Below are positions 22,899 to 32,000 of a DNA stretch of 32,000 nt, piece after piece. The notes beneath the pieces are model-generated. The model was not told the origin of the DNA, did not search any database, and saw nothing but the letters and a program-made list of their open reading frames with translations. The position numbers were made by a program, and so were the translations under genes. The DNA lies in assembly GCA_963699255.1 (NCBI GenBank), contig OY969425.1:1710001-1742000 (forward strand), given 5' to 3'. This DNA comes from an uncultured bacterium. GTDB lineage: Bacteria; Margulisbacteria; WOR-1; CAVSGV01. Each line of letters starts with the position of its first letter. The first letter of the stretch is position 1.

Positions 22899-24128
22899 AT
22901 GACCGATCAAATTGTTTGCGCGTTTTGCGGCAAGCCGGAAGGTGCGGGCAGGCGCCTTATAGCGGGTCCTAATGCCCATATATGTGAGCAGTGCGTAAAG
23001 ATCTGTCTTGAAATAGTTGATGAGGAAAAAGGAAAGCTGCAGAGTAAACCGCCCGAAGTCATGTCAAAGATTCCGAAACCAAAAGAACTTTTTGAAATGC
23101 TGAACCAGTACGTGATAGGGCAGGATAAGGCGAAAAAAGTACTTTCTGTTGCTGTATATAATCATTACAAGAGGATTGCAAAGAGCAACAAAGAGGACGA
23201 CACAGAGATCCAGAAAAGCAATATTCTTCTGATCGGTCCCACGGGATCCGGCAAGACACTTCTCGCGCAAACGCTGGCAAAGTTATTGAATGTCCCGTTC
23301 GCCATCGCAGATGCGACCACCTTAACAGAGGCAGGTTATGTCGGTGAAGATGTTGAATCCGTCCTGACCCGGCTTCTTCAGGTTAGCGACTATGATGCCG
23401 AACGGGCTTCAAGGGGCATCGTGTATATCGACGAGATAGACAAAATATCCAGGAAATCCGAGAACCCGTCTATCACCAGGGATGTTTCCGGGGAAGGCGT
23501 CCAGCAGTCGCTGCTAAAACTTCTTGAAGGCACGGTCGCGAACGTCCCGCCCCAGGGAGGAAGAAAACATCCCCAGCAGGAATTCATCCAGCTTGATACA
23601 ACGAACATCCTGTTCATTACAGGCGGGGCTTTCCACGGGCTTGAGAACATAATAGAGCAGCGTATCGGCAAAAGAAGGATAGGGTTCAAAGGAGAAGATG
23701 AAATAAATGAAAGAGTTCGTGTAGATGTGCTTGAGCATGTTCTTCCGGACGATCTCCTTAAGTACGGCTTCATACCGGAGATCATCGGAAGGCTTCCTGC
23801 GGTCGCTGTGCTGAACCCGCTGGATGAAAAAGCATTGATCAGGATACTGAAGGAGCCCAGGAACGCGTTGGTCAAGCAATACAGGAAGCTGCTTGCGATG
23901 GACGGCGTCAAACTGGATTTCACGGATCCGGCGCTGCGGCTTATAGCGAGGGCGGCGATCAAAAGGGGTATCGGCGCAAGAGCGCTGCGGGCCATCATAG
24001 AGGAGATAATGCTTGATGTGATGTTCGAGGCGCCGTCAAAAGGAAGCGCAGGAAAAGTCGCAATTACGGAATCTATCGTCAAAAAGCTTATGAAGAAGTC
24101 CGACTTTGCTCATCTTAAGGCGGCTTAA
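22899..24128 (+). CDS. clpX: ATP-dependent Clp protease ATP-binding subunit ClpX
   Basis: N-terminal zinc-binding domain CAFCGK...CEQC, Walker A GPTGSGKT, Walker B VYIDEIDK, and IGF-type loop RIGFKG. Confidence 0.95.
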   Translation: MTDQIVCAFCGKPEGAGRRLIAGPNAHICEQCVKICLEIVDEEKGKLQSKPPEVMSKIPKPKELFEMLNQYVIGQDKAKKVLSVAVYNHYKRIAKSNKEDDTEIQKSNILLIGPTGSGKTLLAQTLAKLLNVPFAIADATTLTEAGYVGEDVESVLTRLLQVSDYDAERASRGIVYIDEIDKISRKSENPSITRDVSGEGVQQSLLKLLEGTVANVPPQGGRKHPQQEFIQLDTTNILFITGGAFHGLENIIEQRIGKRRIGFKGEDEINERVRVDVLEHVLPDDLLKYGFIPEIIGRLPAVAVLNPLDEKALIRILKEPRNALVKQYRKLLAMDGVKLDFTDPALRLIARAAIKRGIGARALRAIIEEIMLDVMFEAPSKGSAGKVAITESIVKKLMKKSDFAHLKAA

Positions 24129-24131
24129 GGC

Positions 24132-26561
24132 ATGGCAGAAGAAAAGATCGACAAGAAACATCCCGAAAAGCTGATCGAGTGGAAGGAATCCCTCCCGCTT
24201 ATTCCTCTCAGGAACATAGTTGTTTTTCCTCAGATGGTGGTCCCTCTTTTTATCGGCAGGAGCAAATCCGTGAAAGCGCTCGAAGGGGTCTTGAGCAAGG
24301 AGCGGATGGTCGTGTTCGCTTCCCAGAAAAGCGAGGATATCGAAGAACCGTCCAAGGGGGATATATGCACTATCGGCACTCTTTCTGAGGTCGTGCAGAT
24401 GCAGGCTCTCCCCGACGGGACCACAAAGGTGCTTATTGAAGGGGTTTCCCGGGTCAAAATAGAAAGCTTCATATCCGAGACGCCTTTTTTTAAAGTGAAT
24501 ATCTCAAGCATCCCCGAGATCGATGAGATGACGGTCGAAGTGGAAGCCTCGATCAGGATGATAATCAAACAATTCGAGAAATACGTGAAGCTGAACAAGA
24601 GGATACCTCCCGAGACACTAATGTCCATAATCAATATCGACAATCCCGGCAGGCTGGCGGACCTTATCGCCTCTTATCTGACCCTGAAGGTGGACGAAAA
24701 ACAGTCCATACTGGAAGCGGTGGCCGTGCAGAAAAGGCTGAGCAAGCTTTCCGAGTTCCTTGATAAGGAGATCGAGGTGCTCGAAGTTGAAAAGAAGCTT
24801 CAGGGAAAGGTAAGGCGCCAGATAGAGAAGGTCCAGAAGGAATATTACCTTAAAGAGAAGCTGCGGGCGATACAGGATGAACTTGGAGAAGAAGAGGAAG
24901 GCGCTCCGCCGGAGCTCGCCGAATATAAGAAGAAGATAGAAATGGCAAAGCTTCCGCCGGATGTGAAGGAAAAAGCGGTTAAGGAACTGGAGCGGCTTTC
25001 AAAGATGCCGTCAATGGCTGCTGAAGCCACGGTCATAAGGACATATCTTGACTGCCTGATAGAGCTTCCCTGGAAGAAAAAAACAAAGAGCAAGCTTGAT
25101 ATCGCGGAAGTGGAAAAGATCCTTAATGAGGACCATTACGGTCTTAAGAAGGTCAAGGAAAGGATACTTGAATATTTCGCGGTCCTCCAGCTGACAGGTA
25201 AGATCGGCGGTACGATACTATGCCTGATAGGGCCGCCCGGCGTGGGAAAGACCTCCATTGCGTCCTCTATCGCAAGGGCGATGGGGAGAAAGTTCACGAG
25301 GGTATCGTTGGGCGGTATGAGGGATGAGGCTGAAATAAGAGGGCACAGGCGGACATACGTCGGCGCTCTTCCTGGCAGGATCATCCAGTCGATAACCAAG
25401 GTCGGCGTGGCGAATCCCGTATTTCTTCTTGATGAAGTTGACAAAATAGGCGCTGATTTCCGCGGTGATCCGGCGGCCGCGCTGCTTGAAGTCCTTGACC
25501 CTGAACAGAACAAGACATTCACCGACCATTACCTGGATGTGCCGTTCGATCTTTCCGATGTTTTCTTTATCACCACTGCGAACACGCTGGATCCCATACC
25601 GAAGCCGCTCAGGGACAGGATGGAGATAATCGAAATGTCCGGCTATACGGAAGAGGAAAAACTCGGGATAATGAAAGGATACCTCATTCCAAAAGAGATG
25701 AAGACCCACGGGCTGAAAAGCGACCAGGTTGAATTTAATAATGACGCCCTCATTTCGATCATAAGGGAATACACGAAAGAGGCCGGGGTAAGATCGCTTG
25801 AGCGCACCGTCGCGACGATACTCAGGAAGATCGTGACAACTCTTGTTAAGAAGACAAAAGAAGGCGAGGTAACTGTCAGAAAGGAAGATCTTCATGAATA
25901 CCTGGGCGCGCCCAGATACAGGTACGGCATCGCTGAAGAAAAAGACCAGATCGGCGCTGTTACGGGGCTTGCGTGGACAGAGGTAGGCGGAGAAACAATA
26001 TCAATAGAGGTCACGATGATGAAAGGAAGAGGGAATTTAACGATAACCGGACAGCTCGGGGATGTAATGCAGGAATCCGCCAAGGCGGCCATGAGCTGCA
26101 TAAGGTCAAGGGCCGATGCCCTGGGCATAGACGAGGATTTTTACCGGAAGGCGGATATTCACATACATGTTCCTGAGGGCGCCGTGCCGAAAGACGGTCC
26201 GTCCGCTGGCATCACGATCGCCACAGCCCTGGCCTCTGCCCTGACCCAGATCCCTATCAGGCACGATGTCGCGATGACGGGAGAGATAACGCTTCTGGGG
26301 AAGGTCCTCCCGATAGGAGGCCTTAAGGAAAAGCTTTTGGCGGCTAAGAGGGCCGGGATAACCGAAGTGATCATCCCCGAAGAAAACAGGAAAGATCTGG
26401 ATGAAATAAGGGAGGAAATTCCAGGCGATATGAAATTCCATCTGGTCAAGGAGATCGATGAAGTCCTTGATATCGCCCTGACAAAAAAACCCGAACCCAA
26501 AAGAGGTGAAGAGGCACCGCGAAAGTATCCTCCTACCATAGAAGGACAAATGCTCGCTTAA
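24132..26561 (+). CDS. lon: ATP-dependent protease Lon (LonA)
   Basis: LON N-terminal domain, AAA+ Walker [10 protein letters not shown], Walker B FLLDEVDK, and a protease domain with catalytic Ser in [10 protein letters not shown] and a downstream Lys. 809 aa. Confidence 0.95.
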   Translation: MAEEKIDKKHPEKLIEWKESLPLIPLRNIVVFPQMVVPLFIGRSKSVKALEGVLSKERMVVFASQKSEDIEEPSKGDICTIGTLSEVVQMQALPDGTTKVLIEGVSRVKIESFISETPFFKVNISSIPEIDEMTVEVEASIRMIIKQFEKYVKLNKRIPPETLMSIINIDNPGRLADLIASYLTLKVDEKQSILEAVAVQKRLSKLSEFLDKEIEVLEVEKKLQGKVRRQIEKVQKEYYLKEKLRAIQDELGEEEEGAPPELAEYKKKIEMAKLPPDVKEKAVKELERLSKMPSMAAEATVIRTYLDCLIELPWKKKTKSKLDIAEVEKILNEDHYGLKKVKERILEYFAVLQLTGKIGGTILCLIGPPGVGKTSIASSIARAMGRKFTRVSLGGMRDEAEIRGHRRTYVGALPGRIIQSITKVGVANPVFLLDEVDKIGADFRGDPAAALLEVLDPEQNKTFTDHYLDVPFDLSDVFFITTANTLDPIPKPLRDRMEIIEMSGYTEEEKLGIMKGYLIPKEMKTHGLKSDQVEFNNDALISIIREYTKEAGVRSLERTVATILRKIVTTLVKKTKEGEVTVRKEDLHEYLGAPRYRYGIAEEKDQIGAVTGLAWTEVGGETISIEVTMMKGRGNLTITGQLGDVMQESAKAAMSCIRSRADALGIDEDFYRKADIHIHVPEGAVPKDGPSAGITIATALASALTQIPIRHDVAMTGEITLLGKVLPIGGLKEKLLAAKRAGITEVIIPEENRKDLDEIREEIPGDMKFHLVKEIDEVLDIALTKKPEPKRGEEAPRKYPPTIEGQMLA

Positions 26562-26565
26562 TAAC

Positions 26566-29365
26566 ATGGAATACAAGAGTACTTTAAACCTTCCCAGAAC
26601 GGATTTCCCCATCAAAGTTAAACATTTAACGCTTGAACCCGAGATACTATCTTTCTGGGAGAGCGGGGATGTTTACAGTAAAATGCTCCGGAAGAATTCG
26701 GGCAACAAGAAATATGTGCTTCACGACGGACCGCCCTATCCGAACGGGGATATTCACCTGGGGCACGCGCTGAACAAGATACTCAAGGATATAGTGGTGA
26801 AATACAGATCGATGGCGGGATTTTATTCCCCTTATATTCCCGGCTGGGACTGCCACGGACTTCCTATTGAGACCCAGATGATAAAGGAGCTGAGCGTTAA
26901 AAGAAAAACAATGAGCGTTTCCGATTTCAGGGAGAAATGCCAGGAATATGCCTTAAGCTATGTGAATGTCCAGCGCGAGGAATTCAAGCGGCTCGGATGC
27001 TTCGGCGACTGGAACAACCCTTATCTGACCATCAAACATAATTATGAAAGCAGGGTCGTTGAGCTTTTTGGCATACTTGCCGAGAAGGGGTATATTTACA
27101 GGGGGCTTAAGCCGATCCACTGGTGCCCAAATGATGAGACTGCCCTTGCGGAAGCGGAAATAGAATACGAAGATGATCCCTCTTCCTCGATCTACGTGAA
27201 GTTCAAGGTAAAGTCCGTTGAATCCAAAAGCCCGGAATTCAAGGTTCTTCAGGACGTTCTGACCGGTGATTCTTATTTTGTCGTATGGACGACCACCCCA
27301 TGGACGCTTCCCGCCAATGTCGCCATAGCGGCACATCCCGATTATGAGTATGTCGCGATCCTGGTGGGCACGGAGATATATGTTGTTGCCGAGGGGCTGC
27401 TTGAAACTTTCGTGAATAAATTGGGGATAAAAGGGCATAAGGCAGTCGGAAAGTTCAAAGGAAAAGTGCTGGAAGGCATTATCTGCAAGCATCCTTTTGT
27501 TGAAAGGGAAGTGCCGGTCGTGCTTGACACCTACGTCACGCTTGAACAGGGAACGGGACTTGTTCATATAGCTCCCGGACACGGCGAGGAAGATTATCAG
27601 GTCGGACTTAAATACAAGCTCCCGATCGTGATGCCGGTGGATGAAAAGGGTTTCTTCACGGAAGAAGCGGGCAAATATGCCGGAAAACGCTTTGATGAGG
27701 CAAATGAGCTGATAATCGCCGATATGAAGCGGGACGGCTCCCTCTTATTCGTCGAGGAGGTCAAGCACAGCTATCCCCATTGCTGGAGATGCAAGAAACC
27801 CGTCATATTCAGGGCGACGGAGCAATGGTTCATTTCCGTCGACCATGATAATTTAAGGGCGGAGGCGCTGAAGGCGATCGGTGAAACAAAATGGTATCCC
27901 GCGTGGGGGGAGAACAGGATCAGGGGTATGGTCACTCAGCGTCCCGACTGGTGCATATCAAGGCAGCGTTCATGGGGTATACCGATACCGGCTTTCTTCT
28001 GCAAGAAGTGCGGCGCTCCCCAATACAAGGGAAAGTTCAACAAGGCGGTCGCGGAGCTATTCAAAGAAAAGGGCTCAAGTTCCTGGTTCACGACAGAACC
28101 CAAAGATATCGCAGGAGGCCTTAAGTGCGATAAATGCGGCTCATCCGACTTTGAGAAAGAAACCGATATCTTCGATGTCTGGTTCGAGTCGGGAGCATCC
28201 CACTGGGCTGTCCTGTGGGGGGAGAAAGACCTTTCCTGGCCCTGCGACCTGTACCTTGAAGGCAGCGACCAGCATCGCGGATGGTTCCAGACCTCGCTTC
28301 TTACATCCGTCGGGGCAAAAGGCAGGGCGCCTTACAGATCGGTCCTGACGCACGGGTTCACGGTGGATGAATCGGGGAAAAAGATGAGCAAATCCCTCGG
28401 GAACGTGGTGGACCCGCAGGTCGTGGTGAAAGAATTCGGCGCTGATGCCCTTAGGCTCTGGGTCGCATCCGCCGATTTCAGGAATGACATGAGCGCTTCA
28501 AAGGATATTTTGAAGCACGTCGCGGAAGCTTTCTCTAAGATCCGGAATACCTGCAGGTTCCTGCTTCTCAAATTTGAACGATTTTGACGCCGTTAAGGAT
28601 AAGGTGGGATATAAGGACCTTGAGGAGATCGATAAATGGGTATTGCTCAGGGCTCACAGACTGATAGAGCGGGTGACGAAGGCTTACGACGAATTCGAGT
28701 TCCATCTGGTGTTCCATTCCATCCATGATTTTTGCGTTAATGACCTGAGCGCCTTTTATTTTGACGTTACAAAGGACAGGCTTTACTGCGAAACCAAGGA
28801 CGGGAAGCTGCGAAGGTCGTCACAGACCGCCATGAACGAGATCCTGCATATAATGGTCAGGCTTTTCGCCCCGGTGCTTTCTTTTACCGCGGAAGATATC
28901 TGGAAACACATAAAGAAATCCGAAATCCTAAATCCTAAATCCGAAATAAATCCAAAATACCAAATTCCAAACAATTCAATTTTTGAGGAAAAGATGCCTG
29001 AGGTAGACAAAAAACTGCTCGACGAAAAGCTTGAATCCAAATGGGATAAGCTTCTCGGGATAAGAAGCGAGGTCTACAAGGTCTTTGAGAACGCGAGGGC
29101 TGAAAAATCGATAAGCCATCCGCTTGAGGCCAGGGTGGAGGCATTAATGGAAGGGGAAGACTATAAGCTGCTGAAAGATATGGAGCCGCAGCTCCCATCC
29201 CTGTTCATAGTGTCGGAATTCCTTGTAAGCAAGGGAAGCAGGAACATAACCGTAAAGAAAGCCGAAGGAAAAAAGTGCGAGAGATGCTGGATGCATCTAA
29301 AGTCAGTCGGCGCAAACAGCAAGCATCCAACGTTATGTGAGAGATGCGCCGGAGTGGTCGGGTGA
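26566..29365 (+). pseudogene. ileS: Isoleucine--tRNA ligase (type 1, Zn-finger C-terminus) interrupted by a 1-nt frameshift near 28564-28587
   Basis: ORF 26566..28587 carries HIGH (PNGDIHLGH), the CP1 editing region and KMSKS. ORF 28574..29365, in the +1 frame, carries the anticodon-binding and C-terminal part (CERCW...CERC). The conserved RFLL(S)NLNDFD motif is only read by switching frame. This could be a true frameshift, a recoding event, or an assembly indel. Confidence 0.85.
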
Positions 29366-29447
29366 CCTGACAATTCCCCCAACTTCCTTTAATAAAGGGG
29401 TTGCGAGTTAAGCGAGCAGGGGATTCATGAATTGACCGCTGTGATCA

Positions 29448-32000
29448 TCAATTATTTTTTATCGCTTTCTTTCTCAAGATCACTTTACTGCCGGCCAGAA
29501 CTATAATAGAATACATTCCGGCAGCTGCCCCGGAGCCATCCCACGTTTGAGAGTAAACTCCCGCCTGTTGATTTTTCTGGTTCTGTGTCCATACAACATT
29601 GCCCAGAGCGTTGCAGATCGTTATCGTTACATCGCTCGTGCTTTCAAGGTTATATACGATATTGAGATTGCCTGTAAAAGGATTCGGATAAATACTATTC
29701 AGCTTGGTTGTGGGGTAGCCCGCAATTATCCCATCGCTGTGACCAGCTAAGCTCCACAGGCCGGCTCCATCTTTGGCCTCTACATGGAAATAATATGTAA
29801 CGCCTTCGGTCAGGGAAAGACCGGTCACGGTCACATCGGTATTTGTTCCGGCAGAAGTCCAGTTTATGATCTTTCCATTTTCCGGATCGGTTGGATCGGT
29901 CGATATCGTATATATATATTCTGTTACTCCTGATTCCGGGTCGGAAGAAGACCAGGCGGCATGGAACTCTGATAACGATGTGGTATATGTCCCATCATCT
30001 GTGACGACAGGCGTTGTTGGAGGCGTAGTGTCAACGGTTATCCCATCGCTGTGGACGATGTCGCTCATCTTGCCAACTCCATTCACAGCTCTTACATGGA
30101 AATAGTAGGTTTTTCCGTTGGCCAGGTCAAGCCCTTTTGCGGTTATTTTGGTGGCATCGGGCCCGACGGAGGTCCAGGGCAGAGCATTTTCAGCCATCCC
30201 GATCATCGGGTCATTTGGATCTGTTGATATGGCATACTCATATCCTGTTATGCCCGATTCATTATCAAAAGAAGGAGACAGAGTGGCGTCGAGCTCGGTT
30301 GAAGAGCTGGTGTATTCTCCGCTATCAGTGACAGCCGGGTCTGATGGGGGAGTGGTGTCAACAATGCCGATTTGTAAGCCGTCGCTGCTGCCGACTTCGC
30401 TCCACATGCCGGCTCCGTCTTTTGCCTTAACATGGAAATAGTAAGATTTTGTGCCGGATAAGGATAGATTATCCAGGGTTACCTGGGTATTTGTTCCGGC
30501 AGATGTCCAGGTTACGAGATTCCCGATATCCGGATCATTTGGATCGGTCGATATGGAATACATATATTCTGTCACACCTGATTCTGGATCGGAAGAAGAC
30601 CAGGCTCCCTTGAGCGTGGCCGTAGGGCCGGATTTTTGTACCATGCCGTTGACAACAGGCTTTGTAGGAGGCGTAATGTCGACTGTTATGCCGTCGCTGT
30701 GACCGGGGACGCTAAATTGGCCTGCTCCGTTCTTGGAGATCACATGGAAATAGTAAGTCTTGCCTTCCTCTAAGTTAAGGTCGGACAGGGTTATTTCGGT
30801 ATCAGTTCCGGCAGATGTCCAGGGTACGATATTTTCAGGGTCCCCGATCTTCGGATCATCCGGGTCGGTCGATACAGCATACCAATATCCTGTCACACCC
30901 GATTCATCATCTGAAGAGGACCATGTGGCATGAAGATCGGAAGATGTAGTATATTTCCCGTCGTCGGTGACATTGGGCTGTGATGGGAGTGTAGTGTCAA
31001 CTTTTATCCCATCGCTGTGAACGATGTGGCTTGCCAGTCCTTCTCCATTTATGGCCTTTACATGGAAATAATAGGTTTTCCCGTTGGTCAAGTTAAGGTT
31101 GGTCGCGTTTATGTCGGTGGTATTAGGTCCGAGGGGAGTCCACTCCACGACATTGCCGGTATCCGGATCAAGCGGATCGGTAGATATTGAATATTGATAT
31201 TCCTTTATTTCCGAATCCGGATCGGAAGCGGGAGACAATGCGGCATGCAGCTCGGATGAAATGATAGTGTATACCCCGTCATCCGTTACAGCCGGGTCTG
31301 TAGGAGGAGTCGTATCCGGCGATTTAACCAGGTCTTTATAAACATTAACAAAGTTGCCTGACAGGAGCAGGGCCGCAAAACTCGCCAGAGATTGATTGTA
31401 ATATAAATTCGCTACCCCTGTTTCGCTCGTATTGCCCCAGTAACCGCCGTTCGCCGCAGTCGCGTATTGAGAGAAATTGTTCTCAAATTCCGTATTAAAG
31501 GCAGACTTATAAACGGGCGATCCGCTTACCATAGCACCTGTTGCCCACATACCTGCGGTTATTTCGCTGTGCCATGCGCCCTCATTACTGGTGTAGGGAG
31601 TGCCATCCATTTTGTAAAGGATCGAATTTGCCGCTGCCGCAGCTTCGCTTCCATATCTGCCTGTAAGGTTATTTTTCCCGTTCGTGCAATACTGGACTGC
31701 TCTCGGGTCATTGAACCAGATGGCATCAACTGCCATCATCCATGGAGTTCTTATCGCGTCGTTCCACATGTCAGCGCCATTGCTTAATGGGCCGGTAGTG
31801 CCGTACTGGCTGATCCCTCCGGTTTTGGTGTCCATCAGATCCGGGCTTAGACCGTTAGAATACCCTTGGCTTGATTGAAGGGTCGTAAAACATTGATCCA
31901 CAACGGTTTTCCAGTCGTGGAAGGTTGCCTGATAGTATTGGAAGGTCTTTAGGGCAGCCGTAAAGAAATATGAAGGATTGGCCGCGTCCTTGCTAACCCA
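29448..32000 (-). CDS. Secreted glycoside hydrolase family 8 (endoglucanase/chitosanase-like) + 5 Fn3-like repeats + T9SS-type/FlgD-Ig-like C-terminal domain; N-terminus off-window
   Basis: The reading frame stays open from 31901 to nt 32000 (WVSKDAANPSYFFTAALKTF...). The GH8 C-terminal half is collinear with C. thermocellum CelA as I recall it (NPSYF, GLSPD, NDAIRTPWMMAVDAIWFNDPRA, LYYNQSL...LLLSGNF). Five ~107-aa modules follow, then a CTD beginning YPNPFTGNLNIVYNL. Confidence 0.8.
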   Translation of the reverse strand, partial: WVSKDAANPSYFFTAALKTFQYYQATFHDWKTVVDQCFTTLQSSQGYSNGLSPDLMDTKTGGISQYGTTGPLSNGADMWNDAIRTPWMMAVDAIWFNDPRAVQYCTNGKNNLTGRYGSEAAAAANSILYKMDGTPYTSNEGAWHSEITAGMWATGAMVSGSPVYKSAFNTEFENNFSQYATAANGGYWGNTSETGVANLYYNQSLASFAALLLSGNFVNVYKDLVKSPDTTPPTDPAVTDDGVYTIISSELHAALSPASDPDSEIKEYQYSISTDPLDPDTGNVVEWTPLGPNTTDINATNLNLTNGKTYYFHVKAINGEGLASHIVHSDGIKVDTTLPSQPNVTDDGKYTTSSDLHATWSSSDDESGVTGYWYAVSTDPDDPKIGDPENIVPWTSAGTDTEITLSDLNLEEGKTYYFHVISKNGAGQFSVPGHSDGITVDITPPTKPVVNGMVQKSGPTATLKGAWSSSDPESGVTEYMYSISTDPNDPDIGNLVTWTSAGTNTQVTLDNLSLSGTKSYYFHVKAKDGAGMWSEVGSSDGLQIGIVDTTPPSDPAVTDSGEYTSSSTELDATLSPSFDNESGITGYEYAISTDPNDPMIGMAENALPWTSVGPDATKITAKGLDLANGKTYYFHVRAVNGVGKMSDIVHSDGITVDTTPPTTPVVTDDGTYTTSLSEFHAAWSSSDPESGVTEYIYTISTDPTDPENGKIINWTSAGTNTDVTVTGLSLTEGVTYYFHVEAKDGAGLWSLAGHSDGIIAGYPTTKLNSIYPNPFTGNLNIVYNLESTSDVTITICNALGNVVWTQNQKNQQAGVYSQTWDGSGAAAGMYSIIVLAGSKVILRKKAIKNN
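29718..31319 (-). repeat. Five tandem ~320-bp coding repeats (Fn3-like modules) inside the GH8 gene
   Basis: Recurring module: (V)TDDG.YT.S...L.A.WS.SDPESGVT.Y.Y.ISTDP.DP..G....WTSAG.NT.....L.L..G.TYYFHV.A..GAG..S...HSDGI.VD.TPP. The periodic spurious + strand ORFs at 29866, 30118 and 30451 are their shadow. Confidence 0.85.

Noticed and set aside
29866-30702. Three periodic + strand ORFs (79, 107 and 83 aa) with similar sequences (…GSFGSVD…YSVTPDSGSEEDQA…)
   Set aside because: They are the antisense image of the tandem Fn3-like repeats of the minus-strand GH8 gene. Their periodicity simply mirrors the repeat.

Overview
This window is mostly conserved core genome, roughly mid-40s % GC by eye. 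It appears to come from a diderm bacterium whose outer membrane is tethered by SLH-domain porins. All calls come from reading the ORF translations and hand-folding the RNAs; no searches were run.

Layout:
- A tightly packed + strand operon (3-10085): GT4 glycosyltransferase (5' end off-window), galE, an MGDG-synthase/UgtP-like glycolipid glycosyltransferase, two paralogous SLH + beta-barrel (OmpM/Slp-like) porins, birA, aroH, DAHP synthase and a double-domain ThyX.
- Minus-strand plsY-gpsA-hflX (10078-12732).
- efp-accB-recJ-purD, a secreted S8 protease, and rdgB.
- A cluster of 8 tRNAs whose spacers are filled with AT-rich imperfect palindromes and GC hairpins.
- tig-clpP-clpX-lon-ileS.
- The 3' two-thirds of a convergent secreted GH8 + 5x Fn3-like + sorting-type C-terminal domain gene, which runs off the right edge.

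I found no CRISPR array, cas genes, transposase, integrase, toxin-antitoxin pair or recognisable defence island. I cannot support a claim of a novel multi-gene system here.

Items worth a second look are single-gene or non-coding oddities:
- ileS is split by a 1-nt frameshift whose frame-1 stop sits in a U_UUU_UGA_C context.
- ileS also carries an in-frame low-complexity insertion that resembles the intergenic repeat family.
- A REP/MITE-like palindrome family and tRNA-half mimics lie in the tRNA spacers.
- The trigger factor has no PPIase domain.
- EF-P lacks the conserved KPGKG modification loop.
- The fused ThyX shows complementary motif decay between its halves.
- efp and rdgB have leaderless-type promoters.
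- A T9SS/FlgD-Ig-like C-terminal domain is shared by the two secreted enzymes.
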